A DNA stretch of 64,000 nt. It comes from Octopus vulgaris. Lineage: Eukaryota. Below, piece after piece: positions 53,638-64,000 of the stretch. The position numbers and the translations under genes were made by a program. Below the pieces are notes generated by a model, which saw only the letters and a program-made list of their open reading frames with translations, ran no database searches and was not told the origin of the DNA. Each line of letters opens with the position of its first letter. The first letter of the stretch is position 1. The DNA is taken from positions 5,084,001 through 5,148,000 of the forward strand of contig OX597831.1 of assembly GCA_951406725.2 (NCBI GenBank), written 5' to 3'.

Positions 53638-54000
53638 GAGGAAGCACTCCATCGGTTACGACGATGAGGGTTCCGGTTGATCCGAATTAACGGAACAGCC
53701 TGCTCGTGAAATTAACGTGTAAGTGGCTGAGCACTCCACAGACACGTGTACCCTTAACGTAGTTCTCGGGGATATTCAGCGTGACACAGAGAGTGACAAG
53801 GCCGGCCCTTTGAAATACAGGTACAACAGAAACAGGAAGTAAGAGTGAGAGAAAGTTGTGGTGAAAGAGTACAGCAGGGATCACCACCATCCCCTGCCGG
53901 AGCCCCGTGGAGCTTTAGGTGTTTTCGCTCAATAAACACTCACAACGCCCGGTCTGGGAATCGAAACCGCGATCCTATGACCGCGAGTCCGCTGCCCTAC
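53638..54000 (-). mobile_element. tRNA-derived SINE family D (family C head, different body) between (TACA)n tracts
   Basis: 53828-54000 is colinear with 1965-2135; 53640-53825 is colinear with 61885-62058. Confidence 0.85.
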
Positions 54001-55190
54001 ACATACATACATACATACATACATACATAGATACATACATACATACACACATACATACATACATACATACATACATACATACATACATACATACATACAT
54101 ACACACATACATACATACATACATACATACACACACACACATACATACATACATACATACATACATACATACATACATACATACATACACGCATATATGT
54201 CTGTATATGCTTGTGTGTGTATGTGTGTTTGAGAATGCTGTATGTGTGTTTGAGGGTGCTTGTGCGTGTGTGTGTGTGGGATGGGGTTGCCTTTATCGCA
54301 GCAGAATCAGTAGAGTGTTGGATACTATCATGCTTAGCAATACGTTCTGGGTTCAAATCCTACTGCCGTCAACTTAATCTTTTTATCCTTTTCCTTTCTC
54401 TGTCTCTTTCTCACTCTTCTGTCTCAGTCTCAATCTTCCCTCTCTCCTCTTTCTCTCTCTCTCTCTCCCTCTCTTTCTACTCTTCTTCTTTCTGTCACCT
54501 TTCCCATTTCTTTCTTTTTTTCCATTTCAAGCATGCCTGTCTGTCTGCCTGCCTGTATGTCTGCCTGTCTGTTTGTCTGTCTGTCTGTCAGCCTATCAAT
54601 CTATCTACCAATGTATGTATGTATGTATGTATGTATGTATGTATGTATGTATGTATGTATGTATCTATCTATCTATCTAATCTCTCTCTCTATCTATTTA
54701 TCTATCTATCTAATCTATCTCTCTATCTATCTATCTGTCTGTCTGATTGTCTGTCTGTCTCTTCCCTCTCCCTTCTCCACCTATTCTATGTCACGTGATC
54801 TTTGTTCCGACTGGAAGCAAGTTTCACTGACAAATCCATCGGCTCACATTGAAAACACATCAGTCTTCTTCTTCCGCTGCTGCTGCTGCTGCTGATGATG
54901 ATGATGGTGTTGAACTCAACTTACGACCCATTACACACGACAACAAGAGCAACAACAACAACAACGACGACGACGACGACGACGACGATTATAGCGATGA
55001 CTATAAAAACATTAACCAACATATACAACAATAACAACAACAACATATACAACAACTACAACAATAACAATATCAACAACAACAACTAGCTAAGACTAAC
55101 ACCATGGTTTCATATGCACAAACTTAAACACATGTATCATCATCATCATCCTCATCATCATGACCAACATCAACATGATTATCATCATCG

Positions 55191-55231
<41 letters not shown>

Positions 55232-55684
55232 TTCTGTCTTCTACGTGTTTCGGTCAATTCACTGCGGACATGCTGGGGCACTGCCTCGAAGGGTCTTGAA
55301 GCTGAATAAATCGACTTTATTTTTTATAAGCGCAAAATAACAAAATAATTTGATAAAAAATGTGAATTTTTAATTATTTTCTGAGATTTTACAAAAACAA
55401 CAAAAATATTTTTTAAAATTCCATCGGTCTCTTTATTCCATCGGTCGCTTTTGCCGAACCGCTAGGTTACGAGGACATAAACACACCAATACCAGTTGTC
55501 AAGCAGCGGGAGAGGACAAACACAGACGCATAGACACTCATGTATAAATATGTATATATATACATACATATACCTATACATATATGTTGCATTGAAGCTG
55601 AATAGAACAATGATAATAGACACAGGAGACATTGTTTGAGGAACATCACTTCACCTGCTTCCTCTTTACACTCATATTTATAGT

Positions 55685-56345
55685 CTTTCTTCCTTCCTTC
55701 CTTCCTTCCTTCCTTCCTTCCCTCCTTCCTTCCTTCCCTCCTTCCTTTTTTTCTTCCTTCCATCCTTCCTTCCTTCCTTCCTTCCTTCCTTCCTTCCTTC
55801 CCTCCTTCCTTCATTCTTTCCTTCCTTCCTTCCTTCCTTCCTTCCTTCCTTCCTTCCTTCCTTCCTTCCTTCCATCCTTCCTTCCTTTCCTTCCATCCTT
55901 CCATCCTTCCTTCCTTCCTTCCCTCCTTTCCTTCCATCCTTCCTTCCTTCCTTCCTTCCTTCCTTCCTTCCTTCCTTCCTTCCTTCCTTCCTTCCTTCCA
56001 TCCTTCCCTCTTTCCTTCCATCCTTCCTTCCTTCCTTCCTTCCTTCCTTCCTTCCTTCCTTCCTTCCATCCATCCTTCCTTCCTTCCTTCCATCCATCCA
56101 TCCCTTCCTTCCTTCCTTCCATCCAACCTTCCTTCCTTCCTTCCTTCCCTCCATTCCTACCTTCCTTCCTTCCTTCCTTCCTTCCATCCTTCCTTCCTTC
56201 CTCCCTTCCATCCATCCATCCTTCCTTCCTTCCTTCCTTCCTTCCCTCCTTCCTTCCTTTCCTTCTTTCCTTCCTTCTTTCCTTCCTTCCTTCCTTCCCT
56301 CCTTCCTTCCCTTCCTCCCTTCCTTCCATCCATCCACCCTTCCTT
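55685..56345. repeat. (TTCC)n polypurine/polypyrimidine tract
   Basis: About 660-bp degenerate tetranucleotide repeat. Confidence 0.95.
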
Positions 56346-56850
56346 CTGTATCTATTATAATCGCGTTCTCAGTTGTCATAGTCGTCGCCATTGTCGTCGT
56401 AGTCGATTTATTTCTCGTTGTTGTTGTTGTTGTTGTTGTTATCGTCGTTCTTATTACCGTTTAATAATATTTCTTCCCCCCACCCGACATAATCATCTTT
56501 TTCTTCAACCTTACATCCCAACAGCTGTTACATAACCGTTGGATTAACTTGTGGCAGTGATGGTGTAAAGTGGCTGTCATGCCATTGTCTTTCATTGTCA
56601 GACTCGTTTTGGTTTTGTTGTAGTGGCACTAGTGCCGGTGGTAGTGGTGGGGGTATGTTGTAGTTGTAATTCGTCGTGGCAGTGCTTATGCTGTAGCGTT
56701 CAAACCGGAAGTTGTGGTAATAATAGCAGCATTTTTCTTTTGGGGGTACTAAGAGAAATAACAACGGTGGTGGTTTTAGTATAACATTGTTGTATAGGTA
56801 CTTACTACTGTGGTTGGGATATTTATTTTGTAATGTTGGTGTTGCAGTGG

Positions 56851-57271
56851 CTCTCTTTACTCTTTACTCTTTTACTTGTTTCAGTCATTTGACTGCGGCC
56901 ATGCTGGAGCACCACCTTTAGTCGAGCAAATCGACCCCGGGACTTATTCTTTGTAAGCCCAGTACTTATTCTATCGGTCTCTTTTTGCCGAACTGCTAAG
57001 TGACAGGGACGTAAACACACCAGCATCGGTTGTCAAGCAATGCTAGGGGGGACAAACACACATACACAAACACGCACACAGATACACATATGTATATATA
57101 CATATATACGACGGGCTTCTTTCAGTTTCCGTCTACCAAATCCACTCACAAGGCTTTGGTCGGCCCGGGGCTATAGCAGAAGACACTTGCCCAAGATGCC
57201 ACGCAGTGGGACTGAACCCGGAACCATGTGGTTTGTTAGCAAGCTACTTACCACACAGCCACTCCTGCGCC
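56851..57271 (-). mobile_element. SINE family B, full length
   Basis: Reverse complement of 40610-40970 plus an internal segment. Confidence 0.9.
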
Positions 57272-57597
57272 TATTGACTTTGGTTTGTTATTGTTGTTTT
57301 TAGTTTGTCTGTGCAAATCGACAATACGTTTGATGGAAGGCATTCCTGCTATAATGAACCAGTCCAAATTTAGGTATAGAGTTTCTTCATCATTTCGTCG
57401 ATTTTCAGGGTGAAGGACTAATATCCGAAACGTCAAGGTCCCTGTCTTCCTTTCCTTCAAGACTTGAAATAGCACCATATTTATTGGTCTGTGTTTTTCC
57501 AGTGTTGGTTTGAATTTTCTGATTTCATTTTTGCATCAAATACACGCATACGTATACATGCGCGCACACGCACACACATACACACACACGCACACAC

Positions 57598-57629
<32 letters not shown>

Positions 57630-57663
57630 TTGAGAAATAATGATGGTGGTGGTATATGTGCGT

Positions 57664-57896
57664 GGCGGCGAGCTGGCAGAAACGTTAGCACACCGGGCGA
57701 AATGCTTAGCGGTATTTCGTCTGCCGTTACGTTTTGAGTTCAAATTCCGCCGAGATCGACATTGCCTTTCATCCTTTCGGGGGTCGATAAATTAATTACC
57801 AGTTACGCACTGGGATCGATGTAATCGACTTAATCCGTTTGTCCGTCCTTGTTTGTCCCTTCTGTGTTTAGCCCCTTGTGGGTAGTAAAAAAATAG
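57664..57896 (+). mobile_element. SINE family A, full length, long-tail variant
   Basis: GGCGGCGAGCTGGCAGAAACGTTAGC...GCCCCTTGTGGGTAGTAAAAAAATAG. Confidence 0.9.
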
Positions 57897-58470
57897 ATAT
57901 ATGTGCGTGTGTATGTATGCCTGTTTGTATAAGTATCATGTTTCTTGTCAGAGAGGGAAAGAGAGGGAGAGAGAGAGAGTACTACACCGTGGTTCAAGTA
58001 TTTTCCTGTCATTTAACTCTGAAAAGTTCTTGTGAGCTTGTAGTAAATCCCCATTTCGCTACGTTTCTTAAGAGGGTATTTGCAATATGCTTATATAATA
58101 TCCGACCGTTCTTTTATACATAAGCCACATGGACACCGACTTCCTCGGTAATTCATCGCGCTGACGGCGCCTAAATATGCATATTTAATTAATTTACATT
58201 TATATTTATTGCTATTATCAACTGAAGAAAATACTGTACTTCTAATATTTCCAAAAACAGTAATTATGAAAGACAGCAATATTAGCAGCAACAGCTCTGT
58301 AATCATAGAAATATTATGTCATTAATGTCAAAGTTATGAATATCTTGATAAAAGTGAAACCGGTAGATTACATAGATATTACACTTCGTTACTATAGTTT
58401 CTTCGTACAGAGCTTTGTGCATTTTCTACTCTGTTTCCTGTATAGTTTACAACGTGAAGAAACGCATCAT

Positions 58471-58502
<32 letters not shown>

Positions 58503-59100
58503 TGTATGTATGTATGTATGTATGTATGTATGTATGTATGTATGTATGTATGTATGTATGTGTGTGTGTATGTTCGTGCGCGTGTGTATGAGTGGACACA
58601 CTATGTTAAAGAGTGTCAAAGGATAATGATGGTAGTGTCACTCGTTAACAGTTATGGAGAGGACGGGTCAGTCCCCAAAACTGACCCATTTCTCTAATGC
58701 TTATTAGCACTTTAGAATTCTGTTTTCCCTGTTAATGAATCCTGTTTGGTCAAACAGGTACGCCGTCGTCTTAGTTTGTCGGTCGGTTGGCTGACTGGTT
58801 GTATGTCTGCAATGGCTGGCTGGCTGGCTGGCTAGCTGATTGGTTGGCTGGCTGGCTGGCTGGTCGATCTGCAGGCTCGATGTCTAACTCGTGTCTGGTT
58901 ATCTCCATGTCCAACTGTTTATTCAATGGTTATTTCCCTCCACCCACATATCCGGTCACGTGCCTCGGTGTGAGTGTGTGTGTTGAGGTGTTGACGGGAG
59001 CGTCACCAGCTCTTTAACTTTCCACCCGCGCCACGTAATACCTGCCCCCCTCACATCTCTCTGTGCATTTAGCCCCGCTTTACAACTACTACTACTACTG

Positions 59101-59131
<31 letters not shown>

Positions 59132-59333
59132 CAGCAGCAGCAGCAGCATATCTAGCACCAGATGGAGTGTACGTCTTTGCTGTCGCCAAGTATTCCTCCC
59201 ACCACCACCCACACTACCTCCACCCACCCACCCACTCACCCCGATCCCGTTGACAAGATTTCGCTCCCTCCTCCCTCACCTCACTAAACAACTTAATTAG
59301 GAAGTGAGTGTCAGACAATAAATGTGGCGCTGA

Positions 59334-59351
59334 TAGCGCCCCCTGCTGTCA
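59334..59351 (-). promoter_or_regulatory. CTCF-like binding motif
   Basis: Minus strand TGACAGCAGGGGGCGCTA closely matches the CCAGCAGGGGGCGCT core and lies in non-repeat sequence. Confidence 0.55.
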
Positions 59352-59459
59352 AACGACGGCATCGCTTCTCGAACCAAACACCGTTAAATGTGTGTGTGTG
59401 TGTGCATGCTCGAGAGAGTGTGAAAGTAATGCAGTTGTGCGAATCTGTGAGTGTGTGTA

Positions 59460-59490
<31 letters not shown>

Positions 59491-59646
59491 ATGCGCGCGC
59501 ATGCGTTTGCGTCTGTGTGTGTGTGTGTTTGTGCGTGTGTGTGTGTTTGTGCGTGTGTGTGCGTGTGTGTGTGATTTGAGTGTTTATATGTATCTACGCA
59601 CAAATATGTTCGAATATGCATAGGCACAAAGACATGCACAAGCACA

Positions 59647-59677
<31 letters not shown>

Positions 59678-59800
59678 TCGTGCACACACATGCACAGCAC
59701 ACACACGCATACATATATATGTTAACGTGTACACAAACGCACATATGTGTGCACGTAGGTGTGCTTGTGCGTGTATAGATGTATGTGTGTGCATGTATAG

Positions 59801-59836
<36 letters not shown>

Positions 59837-60368
59837 ATGTGAGTGCTTGTGTGTGTGCGTGTGTGTGTGAGTTTGGAATATATTTCAATAACTTTGCGTA
59901 TATTGTAAACGTACCGCCGCCAGAATACGAACTCTCCACCCCAGCTTAACACACGTGTGTACACGTGTATATGTGTGCGCGTGTGTATGTGTGTGTATCT
60001 GTATGTGTGTGTGTGTGTTTATGAATTGTGGCGTTTGTGCGCGACTGACGTAGAAATGCTATGAACATGTGCGTATATGACGTGTCAGCGTTACATGTGT
60101 GTGTGTATATTATGTGTGAATAGAGTGTACATGTGTGTATATATGACATGCAGACGGTGTGTGTGCGTGTGTGGGACGTGTTTATATGACGTATTAACGA
60201 GTGTATATTAGCCCCTCATACGTGTGACGAACTATTATGAAGTGATACTAAAATTTACAACAGGGAATACATTTAGATCCATGTGGACGTGTGTGTGTGT
60301 GTGTGTATTTGCTATAACGTTGTAATTGCGATGTGCGTATAAGAGTGTATTTGTACGTGTAACGGCAT

Positions 60369-60419
<51 letters not shown>

Positions 60420-60599
60420 CATACGTCACTGCTGATGGAGGTATCCTATGTGAGTCAATGTGATGCTCGGTGAGTGTGTAAGTGCAGATATAAACCATAA
60501 GTGTGTATGTGTGCAGCACTCTTTCTATGACAACCTATCTACCCTTCTCTCTCTCTCTCTTTCTCTATCTTTGTATATATATATATATATATATATACA

Positions 60600-60828
60600 T
60601 ATATGTATGCATGTATGTGTATATGCACGTATGTATGTTTGCATGTATGTATGTATGCATGAATGTACCTTTGTATGTATGTATGCATGCATGTATGTAT
60701 GTATGCATGTATGTATGCATGTATGTATGCCTGTATGCATGCATTTATGTACGTATGTACGAATGTATGAATCTATGCATGTATGTATGTATGTATGTAT
60801 GTATGTATGTATGTACGAATGCACGTAC

Positions 60829-60859
<31 letters not shown>

Positions 60860-61048
60860 TGTACGTACGTATGGATGGATGGATGTATGTACGTTCGTAC
60901 ATACTTATGTATGTATGTATGTATATATGTATGTATGCATGCATATATGTATGTATATATGTATGTATGTATGTGTGTATGTATGTATTATGTATGTATG
61001 TATGTATGTATTATGTATGTATTATGTATGTATGTATGTATGTATGTA
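60600..61048. repeat. (TATG)n degenerate microsatellite
   Basis: Direct tandem repeat. Confidence 0.95.
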
Positions 61049-61575
61049 TCCACAGAGCTGTATAAACAGCCAAACAATATAAATGAAAGAACGCATTATA
61101 GATTTTTCTGTATTACATATTTTTGTTTGTTACAAGGAAAAGCTTCTCTGGAAAGTGAACGCGCGCACGCACGCACGTGTGTGTGTGTGTATAAGAGAGA
61201 GAGAGAGAAAATGATACATTTCCTCTCAATCATAGATATGTGCGTGTTTGTTGACATGTACTTCTTTACACCTGTGCGTATGTGTATTTATAGACGGTTA
61301 CACCCAATATCTAAAAGCGATAATCAAACTTCGACCGTTGCCATTAATGATCTAAACACAATTAATAATTAATTAGTTCACTGAGGTCTATGGATTCCGA
61401 TATAAATTGAACCAAAAACCCTTATGATATTATTTACTGTGCAAACCTCTGCCACATCTCAATAAGTTCAAATCTGAATTTTATTGATGAATTCCAATTG
61501 GATTTTTCATTTCTTCTTTCATTACCTTAGGTGGAGCTTATTTGGTTAATAACCTTGCTTCTTAACCGTGAGTTG

Positions 61576-62058
61576 AAGGGCGTGGCTTAATGGTTAGGTT
61601 ATTCGACTCCCGATCATAAAGTTATTGGTTCAATTTCCGGAGATGCGTTGTTTCTTAGATCAAGACACTTTATTTCACATTGCTCCGGTCCACTCAGCTG
61701 GCAACAATGGGTAGTACCCAGGGGCGGACTGTGAGTATTAAGGACCCTCTGGCATAACTGTTTACTGGGCCCCTTTGAATGTGTGTTTTAGTAGAGTTAG
61801 CATGTAGAGTGCGGGCCCTTCAGAGCTCCGAGCCCTCCGGCAGTGCCCGATGGACCGATGGCTCAGTCCGCCCCTGGTAGAACCTGTAATTCAAAGGGCC
61901 AGTCTTGTTACAGTCTGGGTTACGCTGAAATTTCCTGGGAACCACGTTAAGGCCCTGTCAGTCTGTAGAGTACACAGCTACTTGCACGTTAATTTCACGA
62001 GCAGGTTGTTCAGTGAATCGGGTCGACTGGCACTCTCATCGTCGTAAGCAACGGAGGT
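61576..62058 (+). mobile_element. tRNA-derived SINE (family E-like head, family D body) interrupted by a MITE
   Basis: Head GGCGTGGCTTAATGGTTAGG..GGTTCAATTTCC and body CCTGTAATTCAAAGGGCC..GCACGTTAATTTCACGAGCAGG. Confidence 0.75.
61719..61876. mobile_element. hAT-type MITE, 158 bp
   Basis: Perfect 13-bp TIRs CAGGGGCGGACTG / CAGTCCGCCCCTG and an 8-bp TSD GTAGTACC / GTAGAACC. Confidence 0.85.
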
Positions 62059-62059
62059 C

Positions 62060-62175
62060 CATTTTTCCGAACCATGTGATCTTGGGTTCAGTTCCACAGT
62101 GTAACTTCTTCTACAGCCCCTGGCCGATCCAAACCTTGTGCGTGGATTTGTTTGACGGAAATCGGAAGAAGCTCG

Positions 62176-62237
<62 letters not shown>

Positions 62238-62522
62238 ATACTTTTTTTCTATTTGCGTCTTTGTGTTTATGTTCGTTACACACACACATCACCACTACTT
62301 GACAACCGCTTTTGGCTTGTTTACGTCCCTGTAACATAGCGGTTCGGCAAAGTGAGGAGAGAGAATAAGTACAAGACGTTCTGAGTTCAAATTTCGCCGA
62401 AGTCGACCTTACCTTTCATCCTTTCGGGCCGATAAATTAAGTAACATTTGCGTGCTGGGGTCGATCTCATCGACTGGCTCCTTCCCGAAAAATTCCGGGC
62501 CTTGTACCTATAGTAGAAAAGG
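62060..62522 (+). mobile_element. SINE family B copy (62060-62373) joined to a family A 3' part (62376-62522)
   Basis: Both match copies elsewhere in the window. Confidence 0.75.
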
Positions 62523-62975
62523 AAAGATACATAGATGCACATATCAATTTACAGCGGTTATTGGTTCCAAGTCATGCGACTTAGATCAAAACCGACGTAA
62601 CACGAAAAATAATAATAATAAATAAATAAAAATAATTTAAAAGAATTTATTAGATTGTAACTATTGTAATGAATGGTTTGTACATACAAACATTTCATTC
62701 GATTTCCCACTCCAGTATTCGTTTTTATGCGTTTTTTTTTTAAAATTTTTATAATTTTAAAAAGGCTCATTAAGACCGACGTAAAGTTGGATAAATTGAC
62801 CGAAGCTGGGGTTTATTTTTTTCCATAAATTGCTGTAAAAAATGCGCTGTAAATTCGAAACGACGCAAGTTGAGGTATGCCTGTATATTTTTATAGAGGA
62901 AAATATCACTATATAAATTAAATTATTATAATATTTCATGGTAGTACGGCGAACAAACTACTAAGAAGCATTGCG

Positions 62976-63320
62976 CCAGTCTTTACGTTCTGAGTTCAAA
63001 TTCCGCCGACGTCGACATTGCCATTCGTCCTTTAGAGATCGATGAAATAAGTACCAGTTGAGTACTGGAGTCAATGTGATTTTATTGACTTATTCCTTCC
63101 TCTCGAGTCAAAATTTGAAACCATTATTTTAATAGTTTATGTTAGCACGCCGGACAAACTACAAAGCAACATTTCGTCCGTCTTTACGTTCTGAGTTCAA
63201 ATCCTGCTGAGCTCGATTTTGTATTTCACCCTTTCAGTGTCGAGGAAATAAATACCAGCTGAGTACTGGGATTGAGGTAATTGACTATATCCCTCCCAGC
63301 AACTATCAGGCTTTGTGCCT
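62976..63320 (+). mobile_element. Two tandem truncated SINE family A copies
   Basis: CTTTACGTTCTGAGTTCAAAT occurs twice, each with the central domain. Confidence 0.75.
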
Positions 63321-63327
63321 ATAATAT

Positions 63328-63526
63328 TCTCTTTTACTTGTTTCAATCATGTGACTGTGGCCATGCTGGAGTACAGCCTTTATTCGAGCAAACCGACCCC
63401 AGGACTTATTCTTTGTAAGCCTAGTACTTATTCTATCGGCCTCTTTTGCCGAACCGCTAAGTTACGGGGACGTAAACACACCAGCATCGGTTGTCAAGCG
63501 ATGCTGGGGGGACAAACACAGACACA

Positions 63527-63620
<94 letters not shown>

Positions 63621-63783
63621 TACGATGGGCTTCTTTCAGTTTCTGTCTACCAAATCCACTCACAAGGTTTTGGTCGGCCCGAAGCTATAGTAGAAGGTAT
63701 TAGCCCAAGGTGCCACGCAGTGGGACTGAACCCGGAACCATGTGGTTGGTAAGCAAGCTACTTACCACACAGCCACTCCTGCC
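63328..63783 (-). mobile_element. SINE family B, full length
   Basis: Colinear with 56851-57271; possible TSD CTATAAT. Confidence 0.9.
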
Positions 63784-64000
63784 ACTATAATCATTATATT
63801 TTATGAAAGTGTGAGGGTCTGGTAAGTTTCTGGGCTTTGAATTGTCGTGAAATGAGAACAACCGCTTGAAATCTTGTGGTAGATATTTCCGCCTCTTGTT
63901 TATTTGAATCGAAGTTCAAATTTCGCCATTGTAAACATCGACGCGCGGCGTTCGATCAAATGAAATACCAGTGAAATTGAGATCGATTAAATCATCTCCC

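Noticed and set aside
55467-56391. Several ORFs of about 170-240 aa (EGRK/PSFL repeats)
   Set aside because: They are translations of the (TTCC)n microsatellite.
57664-57750. tRNA gene-like A/B boxes
   Set aside because: These are SINE heads that run into repeat bodies with no acceptor stem or terminator, so no true tRNA gene is supported.
60460-61372. 201- and 289-aa ORFs (YVCM repeats)
   Set aside because: They are translations of (TATG)n. The same applies to all YI/CV/HT/LSIY ORFs in the track.
62546-62855. 11-bp inverted repeat AATTTACAGCG/CGCTGTAAATT suggesting a MITE
   Set aside because: It is short and AT-rich, with no TSD and no second copy in the window.

Overview
Eukaryotic, AT-rich, microsatellite-saturated non-coding DNA, most likely intronic or intergenic. 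The tRNA-derived SINE families and (TA)n/(CA)n/(GATA)n/(TAA)n load resemble an Octopus (coleoid cephalopod) genome; this is an inference. Almost every ORF in the supplied track is a translated microsatellite or SINE. The only recognisable protein-coding sequence is retrotransposon-derived: an intact 3' portion of a Tx1/L1-clade LINE ORF2 (49885-50913, -), restriction-like-endonuclease C-termini of R4/Dong-like LINEs (13301-14057 and 43815-43951, +) and a decayed Penelope-like RT (47397-47890, +). The most striking pattern is that each lineage sits in its own microsatellite with a fixed strand relationship: both Tx1 copies are in (TCTA)n, all six RLE-type or TAA-tailed inserts are in (AAT)n, and the Penelope-type termini, some carrying minimal hammerhead-like motifs, abut (TA)n. 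Other observations are a YY1/CCAAT-rich array built from multimerised SINE heads, a candidate 33-nt minus-strand microexon bracketed by complementary (CAC)n/(GGT)n tracts, a possible recursive splice site, a strong CTCF motif, a local 164-bp templated insertion, several fold-back elements, a hAT MITE, a Helentron/DINE-1-like element and a probable solo LTR. No host gene could be named. Coordinates were read by eye and repeat boundaries are approximate.
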